A DNA stretch of 64,000 nt from a candidate division WOR-3 bacterium (GTDB lineage: Bacteria > Hydrothermota > UBA3072): the NCBI GenBank assembly GCA_016930175.1, contig JAFGHJ010000006.1, positions 68,086 to 132,085 on the forward strand, read 5' to 3'. This document shows, piece after piece, positions 39,392-49,960 of the stretch. A program made the position numbers and the translations under genes. The notes beneath the pieces are model-generated. The model saw only the letters and a program-made list of their open reading frames with translations, had not been told where the DNA came from and did not search any database. Numbering within the stretch: the stretch's first letter is position 1; the number at the start of each line of letters is the position of its first letter.

Positions 39392-41293
39392 ATGAATTTA
39401 CAAAAGGGACTTGCGGGTTTGCTTTTTGCTGGATATCTATTTTTGGTTTTTGTTCCTTTAAATATATCGATTTGGATTCCTGTAACGGTTCTTGCGATTC
39501 TATATTTTTTAATTATTGAGTGGGATGATATTTCATATTATTTTGCTCTCACAAGTATATCTTTTGCTGTGCAATTGGGCGGAGGGCTTTCATCTCCGCT
39601 TTTTGTTTCATACCTTCCTGTTCTTTTTTTACTTAAAAAAAGAGGCTTAAAGCTTAAATTCTGGTGGCTTATTTTACCTTTATTTTCCTTGTTTGCGAAA
39701 ATAACTTTTGTGCCCTACTTGATTTTTTATGGTGCGGTAGTTTTTTTATATGTTTTGCATCCAAAAGTACATGGGAAAAGAAATATTGTTACAGTCAAAT
39801 CGGCATATGATGGCGAAAAGATGGATATAAGGGAGGGACTTTCAGAGAAAAAAGAGTTACCTTCTACTATTTCAAATAAAATTTATGATTCTTTATCCGC
39901 AAGCGTGGATATAATAATTCGTATGTTTAACCCTTTCAGTGTTGTTTTATTGGTTGAAAAGGATCAGCCGTATGAATTCCAGGTCAGAATCGCAAGAAGC
40001 GGAGGGGAAATAGAGCCTTTGGTCGAGATAAACAAAGGTCCGCTCTCCTGGTTTTTAAAAAACGAGGGAGTTCTCGTAAATAATGATTTTAGTGATTCTT
40101 CGGTGAATTTGGGATATTATAAAAATGAAGCGAACATACAATGTTTCATGGCAAGTTCTATTAGGTTTAATGACGAGGTCGTTGGAATTATAGTGGTAGA
40201 CAGAACCGAAAAAAGACCATTCGACGAAAGAGATAAGGAGCTTTTATCAAGTGTTGTCAAAGGTTTATCGACTTTGTTTTCTCTTTATAAGCATATGAAT
40301 GTTTCAATGCTTGAAGCTTTTAGATTCCGTTCTCTTTTAAGTCTTACGGGGAAAGTGGCGGGAGAGATTAAATTAGAAGAGGTTAGAAAAAGTATTTTTG
40401 AAACAGTCAAAAACAGTTACAGGGATGTATGGACTATTTTTTTACTTAAAGAGGGGAACGAATATCATGTAACGGAAGAGGACGGGAGAAGATACTACCA
40501 GAGTTTGAGAAAAAGTATAATCGCTTTAGCTCTTGAAAAGAATATTTCTCTATGTAAGGCAGATCTTTCCAAAGAAACAAAAAGGCCTATTTTGTTTCCG
40601 GAAGAAAGAAATTTTGACGCAAAATCTTTATTGTTTTCTCCTTTCAGGGGTGACGTTAAGGGCGGGATATTACTTCTTTCTAAAAATATCGATTGGTTCG
40701 ATAGAAATAACGACCTGATGATTTTAAATATGATTACAGATATAGCAGCTTCTTCTGTAGAAAAAGCTGTTTTATATGATTATGAAAGGCAAAAAGCCAT
40801 AAGAGATGGGCTAACCGAAACCTACAATCACCGATTCTTTCAAGAGATGTTAGACAATAAAATTGCAGAGGCCCAGCGTAATAATGAGCCAATTTCTTTA
40901 CTGATGATTGATCTGGATAACTTTAAATTAATTAATGACCAGTTTGGGCATCAGAATGGAGATATGATTTTACGGGAGGTTGGGCGATTAATGAAAGAGA
41001 GAATAAGGGCTTCTGATATCCTTGCAAGATATGGGGGAGAGGAATTTTCTATAATATTACCCAAAACTGCAGCCTCGGAAGGATACAAGCTTGCAGAAAA
41101 TCTTCGCGATACAATAGAAAACAAAATATTTGTTTCTCCTGAAGATATTAAGTTTAGAATTACCATATCAATAGGGGTTTCTGAGCTTGGAAAACATGCA
41201 GATAATAAGCCGGACCTCATAGCGGCTGCTGATAGAGGTTTATATAATGCTAAAAAGGGGGGAAAAAATCGTACCGAGATAGCCGAATATTAA
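39392..41293 (+). CDS. Membrane-anchored GAF-GAF-GGDEF diguanylate cyclase
   Basis: N-terminal TM helices, GAF-like segments, RDGLT, RASD, GGEEF. Confidence 0.92.
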   Translation: MNLQKGLAGLLFAGYLFLVFVPLNISIWIPVTVLAILYFLIIEWDDISYYFALTSISFAVQLGGGLSSPLFVSYLPVLFLLKKRGLKLKFWWLILPLFSLFAKITFVPYLIFYGAVVFLYVLHPKVHGKRNIVTVKSAYDGEKMDIREGLSEKKELPSTISNKIYDSLSASVDIIIRMFNPFSVVLLVEKDQPYEFQVRIARSGGEIEPLVEINKGPLSWFLKNEGVLVNNDFSDSSVNLGYYKNEANIQCFMASSIRFNDEVVGIIVVDRTEKRPFDERDKELLSSVVKGLSTLFSLYKHMNVSMLEAFRFRSLLSLTGKVAGEIKLEEVRKSIFETVKNSYRDVWTIFLLKEGNEYHVTEEDGRRYYQSLRKSIIALALEKNISLCKADLSKETKRPILFPEERNFDAKSLLFSPFRGDVKGGILLLSKNIDWFDRNNDLMILNMITDIAASSVEKAVLYDYERQKAIRDGLTETYNHRFFQEMLDNKIAEAQRNNEPISLLMIDLDNFKLINDQFGHQNGDMILREVGRLMKERIRASDILARYGGEEFSIILPKTAASEGYKLAENLRDTIENKIFVSPEDIKFRITISIGVSELGKHADNKPDLIAAADRGLYNAKKGGKNRTEIAEY

Positions 41294-41510
41294 ATTTTTT
41301 ATTCACAAGTATTTACGCCGAATTTTTTCGAGAATTCGGACCGTTGTTTAGGAATCTTATTTTTTTTCTCTGTGTTCTCTTAAAAACATAAAATTGAAGG
41401 GGCGTGTGGTTGAGTTTTGTGTTCTCTGTGTCCTCTGTGGTAAAAAAGGGGAGGGGGGGTGGAAAGAAGTCTTGACTTACTTTTTATTTTTGTTATATTT
41501 TACTTTGGTT

Positions 41511-44500
41511 ATGTTTACTTTTGGAGATCAATCCAATCTAATTGATAAAGCCCGAAGGGTTGCCTCGAAGGGAGATTATCTTAAAGCTGTTAAAATATTG
41601 CAGGGTGCTTTAAGAAATGACGAATCGGACCTTCCCCTTATTCTTGAGATGATGCATTTATACCATTCTATAGATAAATTAAATGAAGTGATTATCTGGG
41701 CGGAGAAAGGCGCTGGTCTTTCCGCTAAAGCGAAAAAGAAAGTTGTCGGAGAAGTAGAGGATTTGTTCTATGGCAGAGGTAAACCTGACCGCTTGGCGGA
41801 ATATCTTATGGAAAAATGGATCGAAAGGATGGACTTTGAAGGTGTTGCCGATCTTTTCAGGGATATGAGCGAAGAGAGTAAAGAAGCTTTTATCAAAAGA
41901 GAGGAACAGGTTGTTAAAAACATTCTTAATAATAAAACAGAATTTAGTGCGAGAGATTTTACTCATCTATATCTATACGCCATAATGAAAGAAGGAAGGG
42001 AAAGCAAAGAGGCGTTAAGGATATTTAAGATAATATTAGAAAAAAAACCAGACGAAATACATAATATCTCGCTGGAATTGAGAAGAGCAGAAAGAGAAAA
42101 ATACGGAGACGCTTACCTGAAATTAGGTTTAGGCGATTTGTTGCTTAAGGACAAACATTATAAAGAGGGTGTTTCTAAACTGCGTGAAGCTGTAAATACA
42201 AAACCAGAACTACAGGAAGAAGTAATTTCAATTTTATCTCCTTACGGGAAGAAATCGAAAGAAATAATTGATTATTTAAGTGAATTGTTGATTGAATCGG
42301 GGAAGGAGGAAAAAGCGCTGGATCTTTTGGAAGATTTTGAGGTAGATGATGCGATAAAAAAGTACCAGCAAATGGTAAAAAAGGATCCAGACAATCCGGC
42401 TATTCATAAACAATTAGCTGAAGCCTATATAAAAAAGGAAAGGATATCTGAAGGATTGAAGGAATTTCTCTCTGCCGTTTCAATTGAAGCTGACGAAGAG
42501 ATAGGCAGGAAAGTAAAGGAGCTTGAAGGAAAAATTCCTAAGGATGTTGATAATTTTCTTAACATGGCGAAAGTTTATAGTGCGCTTGAGTGGAAAGAAG
42601 AGACTGTTGCTCTTCTTGGCAAAGCATTTGAAAATTCTCCTTCTTCGTCAAATACAATCCTTGAAAATTTAAACCAGATGTTTGAAGGAAAGGAAGTGTC
42701 ATCAGAGGCTTTACTCTTAAAAGCGAGAATGCTTTCAAGAGAAGGGGAGACGGAAGCTGCGCTTCAAATTTACAAGGAATTGTCTTTAGATCCAGAGAAA
42801 ACGGAACAGATTAAAGAAGAGCTTCAAAAGTTTAAGCAAGAAAATCCGGTTAGCACAGAAGGAGAAATTGTTTCTTTAATGCTTCAAATACCGGACAGAC
42901 CTGAAGAAATTGCCGAAAAAGTTAATCTTATAATTTCAGAGCAGACTGATTATATACCTGTTATGCTTACTGAATTTGATAAAAGGGTAAAGGCAAAGCC
43001 GGAGTTCACCCAGCAATTCCTTAAATTTTACAAGAACCTGAATAGGCAGGATTTTCCTCCCTTTACTTATCCGTTTGCATTAGCTGAATTATACCGATTA
43101 TCAAATGAATTCGATAAGGCAGAGAGTAGTTACAAAGAAGCTATAGATGAAGACCCGGAAAGATTTAAATTTATTATAACCTATCTGCAGGGTTATCGAG
43201 ATGAACCCAGAATAAGAAAACTTATTTCTTCTTTATATTTTCATAAAGGAGAGTTTGAGAAAGGCTGCAGGGAAATAGAAAATGCTGCAAGGGAGTTTCC
43301 CGACTATGTAGGCGAGATAACAACTTTTCTAATAAACGAAGTAAAGAAAAGACAAAGTAACGAAGCTATCTCACGTGTACTTACAAAAATATTGATTCAA
43401 AATGATTATTACGAAGAAGCCATCAAGTGGGGATCGCAGGTTTTAGAAGCCTTAGAATTAGAGGAGCAGCCGGAGTTAATGCTTTCTCTGGCGAAAGCAA
43501 ATTCAAAAGTTGGCAATTTGTCGAACGCGGCGGGACTTATTAGAAGAGCCGTAGGATTGGATCATTCTCTTTCAGGAAAAGCAGTCGAAGTTCTTGAAGA
43601 AATAAGAACCGAGGGCAATGCTGAATATGAGACGCTTATGACTCTTTATAGGCTGTATAGAGAAGCAGGTAATGTTGATAAAGCAGTTCATTGTTTGGAA
43701 GAAGCGCTTGCTCAAAATCAGAGTATGGTTGAAATAATGAAAGAAGAAAGTGAGAAGCTGATTGATATTGCTCCAATTCATGCTGCTCTCAGGATTTTTT
43801 ACGGTAAAGTTAAACTTCTCCTGGGTGATTTATCTGGTATTGAAGAAATAGAAAAGGGGATTCGTTTTGACCCCAAATTGAAAAGCTCAGCGGTTGCAGC
43901 CTTGGAAAAATTTGAGGACCCCGATATTGAAAAAAGCATAGTTGTTTTAAGAGCTGGAATAGAGAAGGATTTAGGGCATGCGGAACAGGCTTTGGAGTAT
44001 TTTATCGAAGCTTATTGGTCTAATGAAGAAAAGCGAGACAAAATGGTGGAGGAAATAGGAGTTTTACTGCCTAAAGTAGAGTTGAAAAAAGAGTTAGTTG
44101 GTAATTTATTAAAAATTTATGCAAACGAAGAGCGCAATGCGCCTCTTATTGGTATAATAGAAGAATTTTTTGATGGTTCAGAGGAAAAAGGGAAATATTT
44201 ATTGCAAGAAATTGAGAATTTATTTCAAGAAACGTTCCCTTTGCCTATCCGTCTTGCACTTGCCAAGATTCAATATCAAGTTGGAGATAAGGAGAAGAGC
44301 AGGGTTGAAATGGAAGAATTGCTAAATGCCTTTCCGGAGGTTTCCGAAAAGCTAAAAGAGTTTATTGATCCTGACGATGAAGAGATGCTTCCTTTGCTTA
44401 TTAGAGTTAATCTCTCTCTTTCTGATTGGGATACTGCGATTCGATATATGAAGGAAGTAGACATAAAAGAACAGTTACCTTTTTATGAACAGTTACTTGA

Positions 44501-45068
44501 TAAATATTCGGACAACGAAGAAATTGTCAAGGAGGGAGCTTACCTTTATTTCGTTGCAGGAGATAAGGGAAAGGCCGGTTTTTATCTTGAAAAAGTTAAG
44601 AAACCAGGCGATAAAGAAAAAGTCCTCTTGTGGTTTCTCGGGAAAAATGTTAAAGTTAGTATAAAGGAAATAGAAGGGGTAAGGAGGCAGGTACTTCTGG
44701 ACAGACTTAAGATAACAGATATTCCTGAAGAACGAGTTCTTTTGTACATCAAATTAAAAGATTTAGAGAGCGCATTTGAAGAAATAGAAAAAGTAGGGAA
44801 CGAGAGAAGAGAATTTCTTTTGAGTATTTTAGAATCTGAGGTTGGGGATTATTGGGGGGCGTATCAGCGTCTTTCGCATTTAGAATCAAAGGAAGATTAC
44901 GTCGAAAAAAGAATGCTACTGGCTTTTTATGGAGGAAATACGGAGCTTGCATTGAGCCTCCTTTCGAAAGCAGAGATGAATCCTATGAAGAAGAAGTCGT
45001 ATGTGTCGGCCATGTTAAAAGAAGCAACAGAAAAATACAAAAGGATAAGACCTCTTATAAGGAGGTAA
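41511..45068 (+). CDS. Large all-helical TPR protein
   Basis: Repeated TPR-like helices. Start moved to ATG 41511, downstream of a TTGACT/TATATT promoter. Confidence 0.82.
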   Translation: MFTFGDQSNLIDKARRVASKGDYLKAVKILQGALRNDESDLPLILEMMHLYHSIDKLNEVIIWAEKGAGLSAKAKKKVVGEVEDLFYGRGKPDRLAEYLMEKWIERMDFEGVADLFRDMSEESKEAFIKREEQVVKNILNNKTEFSARDFTHLYLYAIMKEGRESKEALRIFKIILEKKPDEIHNISLELRRAEREKYGDAYLKLGLGDLLLKDKHYKEGVSKLREAVNTKPELQEEVISILSPYGKKSKEIIDYLSELLIESGKEEKALDLLEDFEVDDAIKKYQQMVKKDPDNPAIHKQLAEAYIKKERISEGLKEFLSAVSIEADEEIGRKVKELEGKIPKDVDNFLNMAKVYSALEWKEETVALLGKAFENSPSSSNTILENLNQMFEGKEVSSEALLLKARMLSREGETEAALQIYKELSLDPEKTEQIKEELQKFKQENPVSTEGEIVSLMLQIPDRPEEIAEKVNLIISEQTDYIPVMLTEFDKRVKAKPEFTQQFLKFYKNLNRQDFPPFTYPFALAELYRLSNEFDKAESSYKEAIDEDPERFKFIITYLQGYRDEPRIRKLISSLYFHKGEFEKGCREIENAAREFPDYVGEITTFLINEVKKRQSNEAISRVLTKILIQNDYYEEAIKWGSQVLEALELEEQPELMLSLAKANSKVGNLSNAAGLIRRAVGLDHSLSGKAVEVLEEIRTEGNAEYETLMTLYRLYREAGNVDKAVHCLEEALAQNQSMVEIMKEESEKLIDIAPIHAALRIFYGKVKLLLGDLSGIEEIEKGIRFDPKLKSSAVAALEKFEDPDIEKSIVVLRAGIEKDLGHAEQALEYFIEAYWSNEEKRDKMVEEIGVLLPKVELKKELVGNLLKIYANEERNAPLIGIIEEFFDGSEEKGKYLLQEIENLFQETFPLPIRLALAKIQYQVGDKEKSRVEMEELLNAFPEVSEKLKEFIDPDDEEMLPLLIRVNLSLSDWDTAIRYMKEVDIKEQLPFYEQLLDKYSDNEEIVKEGAYLYFVAGDKGKAGFYLEKVKKPGDKEKVLLWFLGKNVKVSIKEIEGVRRQVLLDRLKITDIPEERVLLYIKLKDLESAFEEIEKVGNERREFLLSILESEVGDYWGAYQRLSHLESKEDYVEKRMLLAFYGGNTELALSLLSKAEMNPMKKKSYVSAMLKEATEKYKRIRPLIRR

Positions 45069-45074
45069 TTTTTT

Positions 45075-46142
45075 ATGGAAGAAGGAAATAAAAAAAGGAA
45101 AGATAAAAATTCTAACAAGAAGAAAGAAGACAAGAAATCTGCTGATGAAATAATCAAGCGTAAAAATGAAACAATTGAGGTTTTACGAAATCTGGGCAAG
45201 GCTCAGCATAATGATCTATATGAGTTACGATCTTTGCTTAATGTTAAGTTAGGGGAAATTTCTTCAGTTCTTCAGAAATTTTCTAAGGATTTGGATATTA
45301 AGCTTGAAGAAGAATTCGTTTCTTTAAAGGATGTTGCCCAATCCGGGATTGATAATCTATCGGAGGAGGCTAAAAAGAGCCCTGAGAAATTGCTGGAAAA
45401 GACAGAAGAACTTAGGAAAACATTGGCTGAGGAAATAGAATCTTCAGCGGATGTTGTAAGTAACGGTTTATCTCATATTGGGGAAGTTTTTGAAAAACTT
45501 GAGGGGGCTTTTAAAGAAGAAATTAATGCCCTTAGAGAGACTTTACAAAAAGTTTTTGAAGAGATGTACATGCAATTCAAAGAGTCTTCAGAAGAGTTGA
45601 AAGGACTGTCTTCTTTGGTAGAAAAGTACGTGGAAGATTTTAAGGCAGAAAGGGAAAAATTTGATAAGAGAAGGAATAAAGAGGAAGCACGCAGAATTAA
45701 CGATATGGCCGTGAAAAACTTTTATGCGGGAAGGGTAGAAAGTGCAATTCGACAATTCAAAGAAGCGGTTCTTTTAGATGATTCCTCTCCGGAGATATTA
45801 ACAAATCTTGGAGTTGCACTTTCAAAGGACGGAAAACAAAAAGACGCCCGTAAGGTATTTGAGAAAGTTTTGGAAAAAAGGCCTGATATGATTGAAGCTC
45901 AGGTTGGGTTGGGGCTTATAATGTTTGAGAGAGGGAATATAGATGAAGCGATTGAGATTTTTAAAGATGCAAGCAAAAAAGATGAAGTAGAGGCATTTGC
46001 TTATGCAAATTTGGGATATGCTTATGAGCAAAAAGAATTGATAGATAAAGCTGTTTCAAACTGGGAGAAGGCGATTGAACTTGACCCAATGTTGAAAGAT
46101 GTAGAAGATAAGCTTAAATTATACAAAGATAAGGAGGCTTGA
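45075..46142 (+). CDS. Coiled-coil plus C-terminal TPR protein
   Basis: Heptad-rich N-terminal half; NLGVAL and NLGYAY TPR motifs; GGAGG RBS. Confidence 0.85.
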   Translation: MEEGNKKRKDKNSNKKKEDKKSADEIIKRKNETIEVLRNLGKAQHNDLYELRSLLNVKLGEISSVLQKFSKDLDIKLEEEFVSLKDVAQSGIDNLSEEAKKSPEKLLEKTEELRKTLAEEIESSADVVSNGLSHIGEVFEKLEGAFKEEINALRETLQKVFEEMYMQFKESSEELKGLSSLVEKYVEDFKAEREKFDKRRNKEEARRINDMAVKNFYAGRVESAIRQFKEAVLLDDSSPEILTNLGVALSKDGKQKDARKVFEKVLEKRPDMIEAQVGLGLIMFERGNIDEAIEIFKDASKKDEVEAFAYANLGYAYEQKELIDKAVSNWEKAIELDPMLKDVEDKLKLYKDKEA

Positions 46143-46432
46143 TGGACCAGAATAAATCTCCTTTTGAAGAGATTTTTAAAAAAGAGGAAAGTCGTAAAAA
46201 AGAAGAAGAGAAAGAAAAAGGTATTTTAGATGCTCTGGATAACGAAGAGAAAAGTCTTTTCGAAGAACCTTCTAAAGCCGAAATTGGCCCCCTGGAACAC
46301 AACGACGAAAAAGAAGGTGGTTCTTCCAAGGAAAAACGTTATCGAAAACTTTTAGACGAACTTGTCGAAAAGAAGTATTTTGAAGAAGCTATAAATCTTA
46401 TTGGTGAAATGAAAGCGGAGTTTGGTCAATAA
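46139..46432 (+). CDS. Small charged hypothetical protein
   Basis: AAGGAGG RBS, translationally coupled to the upstream gene. Confidence 0.7.
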   Translation: MMDQNKSPFEEIFKKEESRKKEEEKEKGILDALDNEEKSLFEEPSKAEIGPLEHNDEKEGGSSKEKRYRKLLDELVEKKYFEEAINLIGEMKAEFGQ

Positions 46433-46454
46433 AGAAAGAAAATACCAAGTATAA

Positions 46455-47180
46455 ATGTTGGAGCTTTCAGTAGACAAAAAAGTATTTATAGTCTCAGACA
46501 CTCATTTTCAGGATTGGTCGGATGAAGAAGAAGTTGAAACTTTTCTTTTGTTCCTTGAAAAAGTTATTAAAGAAGGGGATGAATTGTTTTTACTTGGAGA
46601 CATTTTTGATTTTTATTTTGAATATAAATCATATATTCCTAAGAGTTTTTTTAAAATATTTTTTGATTTGAAAAGAGCTGTTAAGGAAGGCGTTAATATT
46701 CATTACTGGATAGGCAATCATGATTTCTGGATAGGTGATTTTATAGGGGGACTCGGAATTGTTAAGCACCTTGGTCCTGAGGTCGTTAAGCTTGGAGGGA
46801 AAAGGATTTTAGTGCAGCATGGAGATGAAATAGATGGTAATTTTATGGTAAAGAAATTTTTATCCAACAGATTTTCAAGAGCACTCTTTTACTTAATTCA
46901 TCCTGAAGTGGGTATGCAAATGGCGAAAGCTGTTTCAAGGTTTTCTCAAGCGAATTCAAGAGGTTTGGAAGTTAGTGGAGAAGCCTTTGAAAAGTTTGCA
47001 AAAGAGAAATTTAGAGAAGGATTTGACGCAGTCATAATGGGTCATTTTCATAAGTCTTATTTGTACCAAGAAAATGGAAAAACACTTGCCATTTTTGGGG
47101 ACTGGAAGCGGTGTCGTTCTTACGGGGTAATTTCAAACGGCAACATATTTTTTAAGCTATTCAACCAATCTCCCAAATGA
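46455..47180 (+). CDS. lpxH: UDP-2,3-diacylglucosamine hydrolase-like metallophosphoesterase
   Basis: SDTH, LGDIFD, GNHD, HGD, MGHFH, GDW. Confidence 0.8.
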   Translation: MLELSVDKKVFIVSDTHFQDWSDEEEVETFLLFLEKVIKEGDELFLLGDIFDFYFEYKSYIPKSFFKIFFDLKRAVKEGVNIHYWIGNHDFWIGDFIGGLGIVKHLGPEVVKLGGKRILVQHGDEIDGNFMVKKFLSNRFSRALFYLIHPEVGMQMAKAVSRFSQANSRGLEVSGEAFEKFAKEKFREGFDAVIMGHFHKSYLYQENGKTLAIFGDWKRCRSYGVISNGNIFFKLFNQSPK

Positions 47181-47839
47181 TAAAGTCCGTATTTAAAAGT
47201 AATCTGTAGTATTTCTTTTTTGTCTTTTTTGTTCATTGTTTTCCACACTTGAAATCTTCCTTTTTTAAGAGATTCTATCGATTCTTTTAAAGGCGTAAAA
47301 AAAAGAGACTCTTTGGATGCGCATTTTTTACATTTTGTACCGCCTCCTTCTATATCGAAATAATCTAATTCTTTTGATCCGCATGTTATGCATTTATCCA
47401 TTTGGGGTGGAATTCCCTGAAGTTTAAAAAGGGAGAAAAAAAAATAAATTAAGACTTCCTCCTTAAAACCTTTATCAAGGAAACCAAGAGATCTTTTTTC
47501 CAGACCAAAAAGACCATCCATTGGGGAGGGAATTTTCCTTCCTATCCAAATTAAGCTCCAGCCTATATTTAATCTATATAAATCTTTTTTTAATAATTGA
47601 TGCCCGTTTTTAATATTTGCTTCTTTTAGTGTTCCTAAACTCTTACCCGGTTTTATATAGTATACGAGCTGAGCCAGATTTAACGGTTCTATGTTGCCTG
47701 AAAATTGGGACTTTGTTCGCCTGGCTCCTTTTGCAACAAGAGAAAGACGCTGGGAATCTGAAGATAGAATGTGAATTATTTTGCTTGTGTTGCGAAAATC
47801 GTAGCTCTTGAGGATTATTGCATCCTTTCTTATTAACAT
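47120..47839 (-). CDS. recO: DNA repair protein RecO
   Basis: AIILK..SKII, VAKGARR, CxxC..CxxC zinc motif. Confidence 0.9.
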   Translation of the reverse strand: MLIRKDAIILKSYDFRNTSKIIHILSSDSQRLSLVAKGARRTKSQFSGNIEPLNLAQLVYYIKPGKSLGTLKEANIKNGHQLLKKDLYRLNIGWSLIWIGRKIPSPMDGLFGLEKRSLGFLDKGFKEEVLIYFFFSLFKLQGIPPQMDKCITCGSKELDYFDIEGGGTKCKKCASKESLFFTPLKESIESLKKGRFQVWKTMNKKDKKEILQITFKYGLYHLGDWLNSLKNMLPFEITP

Positions 47840-47846
47840 GTATCCC

Positions 47847-48866
47847 TTAGCATATGCGAGGAAGCTGATCTCCTACAAGGCGATCAACAATTCTTTCCCC
47901 TCCGACGATTGTTTCAAGAACGACTTTCCCCTTATTTTCTTTAGTGATTTCTCCTATTATGGAGGCTTCTTTTCCTAAGGCGTGTTTTTTCATCTTCGAA
48001 AGAATAAACGCGGCTTTGTCTTTATTTGTCACGGCTATAACTTTACCTTCGTTTGCGACATAGAGAGGATCGAGACCGAGAATTTCCGAGAAAGAGTATA
48101 CGTTTTCGTGAATTGGGAGTTTTCTTTCGTCGATTTTAATGCCGAACCCGGAAATTTCTGCAATTTCACATAAAACAGTTGCGACTCCGCCTCTTGTAGG
48201 GTCTCTCATGAATTTTATTCCACCTACGATTAGCATACTTTCTATTAATTCCCATAAAGGAGCGCAATCACTTTTTATATTTGTTTTAAAATTCTCCCTT
48301 TTGCTCATAACGGCTAAGCCGTGAGACCCGATTTCTCCATTTATAATAATTTTGTCTCCGGGTTTTATCTTTTTTTTGGAAAGGGTTAGCCCTTTTTGTA
48401 GAATGCCGACGCCTGAAGTATTTATAAATGCTTTATCGGCACTTCCTTTCTCTACGACTTTTGTGTCTCCAGTAACGATTTGTACCCTGGCGCTCCTGGC
48501 GGCCTTTGCCATAGAAGTTGTGATTTTATCCAGAATTTCCCAATCTAGACCTTCTTCTAAGATAAAAGAACACGAGATATAGAGGGGTTTTGCGCCCATT
48601 ACCGAGAGATCGTTCACTGTGCCGTTTACAGCTAAAGTTCCTATATCTCCGCCCGGGAAAAAGAGAGGATTTACGACGTAAGAATCCGTTGTGAAGCATA
48701 AGTTTTTTTCTCCTGTAGACTTTAATACGGCAGAATCGGTTAGTAGCCTTAGAATTGGATTGTCGAATTTATCGAGCATTAGTTCTTTTATCAGGGAACT
48801 CATCGCTATACCGCCGCTTCCGTGAGAGAGCAAAATTTTTCTATTTTTTATTTCTGTCTTTTTCAT
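47847..48866 (-). CDS. hypE: Hydrogenase maturation protein HypE
   Basis: HGSGG, TTDSYVV, GDTKVV, RDPTRGG, C-terminal PRIC. Confidence 0.98.
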   Translation of the reverse strand: MKKTEIKNRKILLSHGSGGIAMSSLIKELMLDKFDNPILRLLTDSAVLKSTGEKNLCFTTDSYVVNPLFFPGGDIGTLAVNGTVNDLSVMGAKPLYISCSFILEEGLDWEILDKITTSMAKAARSARVQIVTGDTKVVEKGSADKAFINTSGVGILQKGLTLSKKKIKPGDKIIINGEIGSHGLAVMSKRENFKTNIKSDCAPLWELIESMLIVGGIKFMRDPTRGGVATVLCEIAEISGFGIKIDERKLPIHENVYSFSEILGLDPLYVANEGKVIAVTNKDKAAFILSKMKKHALGKEASIIGEITKENKGKVVLETIVGGERIVDRLVGDQLPRIC

Positions 48867-49960
48867 TGTTTTTTAAATTTGTAATAAGCGGCACAGGTAC
48901 CTTCCGAGGAGACCATACAGGGACCGATGGGACTTTCCGGAGTGCAGATTTTTGAAAATAATGTGCATTCAAAAGGCTTTTTTGTGCCACACAGCACTTG
49001 TCCGCAGATACATTGTGGGTGGGTTTTTGTTTTTTCTACTTTTACATTTATTTTCTTCTCTGCATCGAATTCCGAGTAAGCCTTTTTTATGTATAAACCT
49101 GATTTTGGTAGAAGGCCAAGTCCTCTCCAGGGGGAATCTTTGATATCGAAAACTTTATTCATTAGAGAAAGGGCTTTTTTGTTACCTTCTCTGCGAACCA
49201 CTCTCTTATATTGATTTTCTACTTTGCTCTTATCTTTTTCTACGATTTGTCTAACAAGCATTTCGATTCCTTCTAAAAGGTCTATCGGCTCGAAGCCAAT
49301 TATAACGGAAGGAATGCCGTATTTATCTACTATTGGCTGGTAGGGAGTTTCTCCGATGATGGCACTTACATGCCCGGGACAGATAAACCCGTCTATTTTT
49401 ATCTCTCCGCTTTCCAACAGGCTCTGCATTGCAGGTGGAATTAGTTTGTGTCCGGAAAGAACAAAGAAATTTTTTAATTTTTCCTCATTTGCCCTCAGGA
49501 TTGTTGAGGCAACTAAAGGAGCGGTGGTCTCAAAACCGACGCCGAGAAAAACGACTTTTTTACCGGGATTTTTTCGCGCGATTTCGAGACTTTCAAGAGG
49601 GGAATAAACTATTTTTACTTTTGCCCCATTTGCCTTTTCTTTTTCCAAAGAGGAAGATGACCCCGGGACTTTAATCATATCTCCGAAAGTTGTTATTATT
49701 ACCTCGGGAAGGCGGCTGTAAGCGATAGCCGTATCTATATATTCATTTGGGGTTACGCATACCGGGCATCCCGGTCCCGAAAGATGTTCTATTTTGTCTG
49801 AAAGAAGGCTCATAATGCCTGAATGAAAAATTGAATGCGTGTGTGTTCCGCAAACTTCCATCAAAGAAATTTTTCCTTTATAGTCTTTTAAATAGTCATT
49901 TGTTTTATCGGCTATTTTTTTGGATAAGTTCTTATTCCTGTATTCGGTTATATATTTCAT
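48863..49960 (-). CDS. hypD: Hydrogenase maturation protein HypD
   Basis: MEVCGTH, GPGCPVC, GFETT, PGHVS, CMVSSEGTC. Confidence 0.98.
   Translation of the reverse strand: MKYITEYRNKNLSKKIADKTNDYLKDYKGKISLMEVCGTHTHSIFHSGIMSLLSDKIEHLSGPGCPVCVTPNEYIDTAIAYSRLPEVIITTFGDMIKVPGSSSSLEKEKANGAKVKIVYSPLESLEIARKNPGKKVVFLGVGFETTAPLVASTILRANEEKLKNFFVLSGHKLIPPAMQSLLESGEIKIDGFICPGHVSAIIGETPYQPIVDKYGIPSVIIGFEPIDLLEGIEMLVRQIVEKDKSKVENQYKRVVRREGNKKALSLMNKVFDIKDSPWRGLGLLPKSGLYIKKAYSEFDAEKKINVKVEKTKTHPQCICGQVLCGTKKPFECTLFSKICTPESPIGPCMVSSEGTCAAYYKFKKQ

Noticed and set aside
41394..41510. Upstream extension of the large TPR ORF (CVLCVLCG)
   Set aside because: It is a translation of the CTCTGTG repeat and promoter region, not a real Cys motif.
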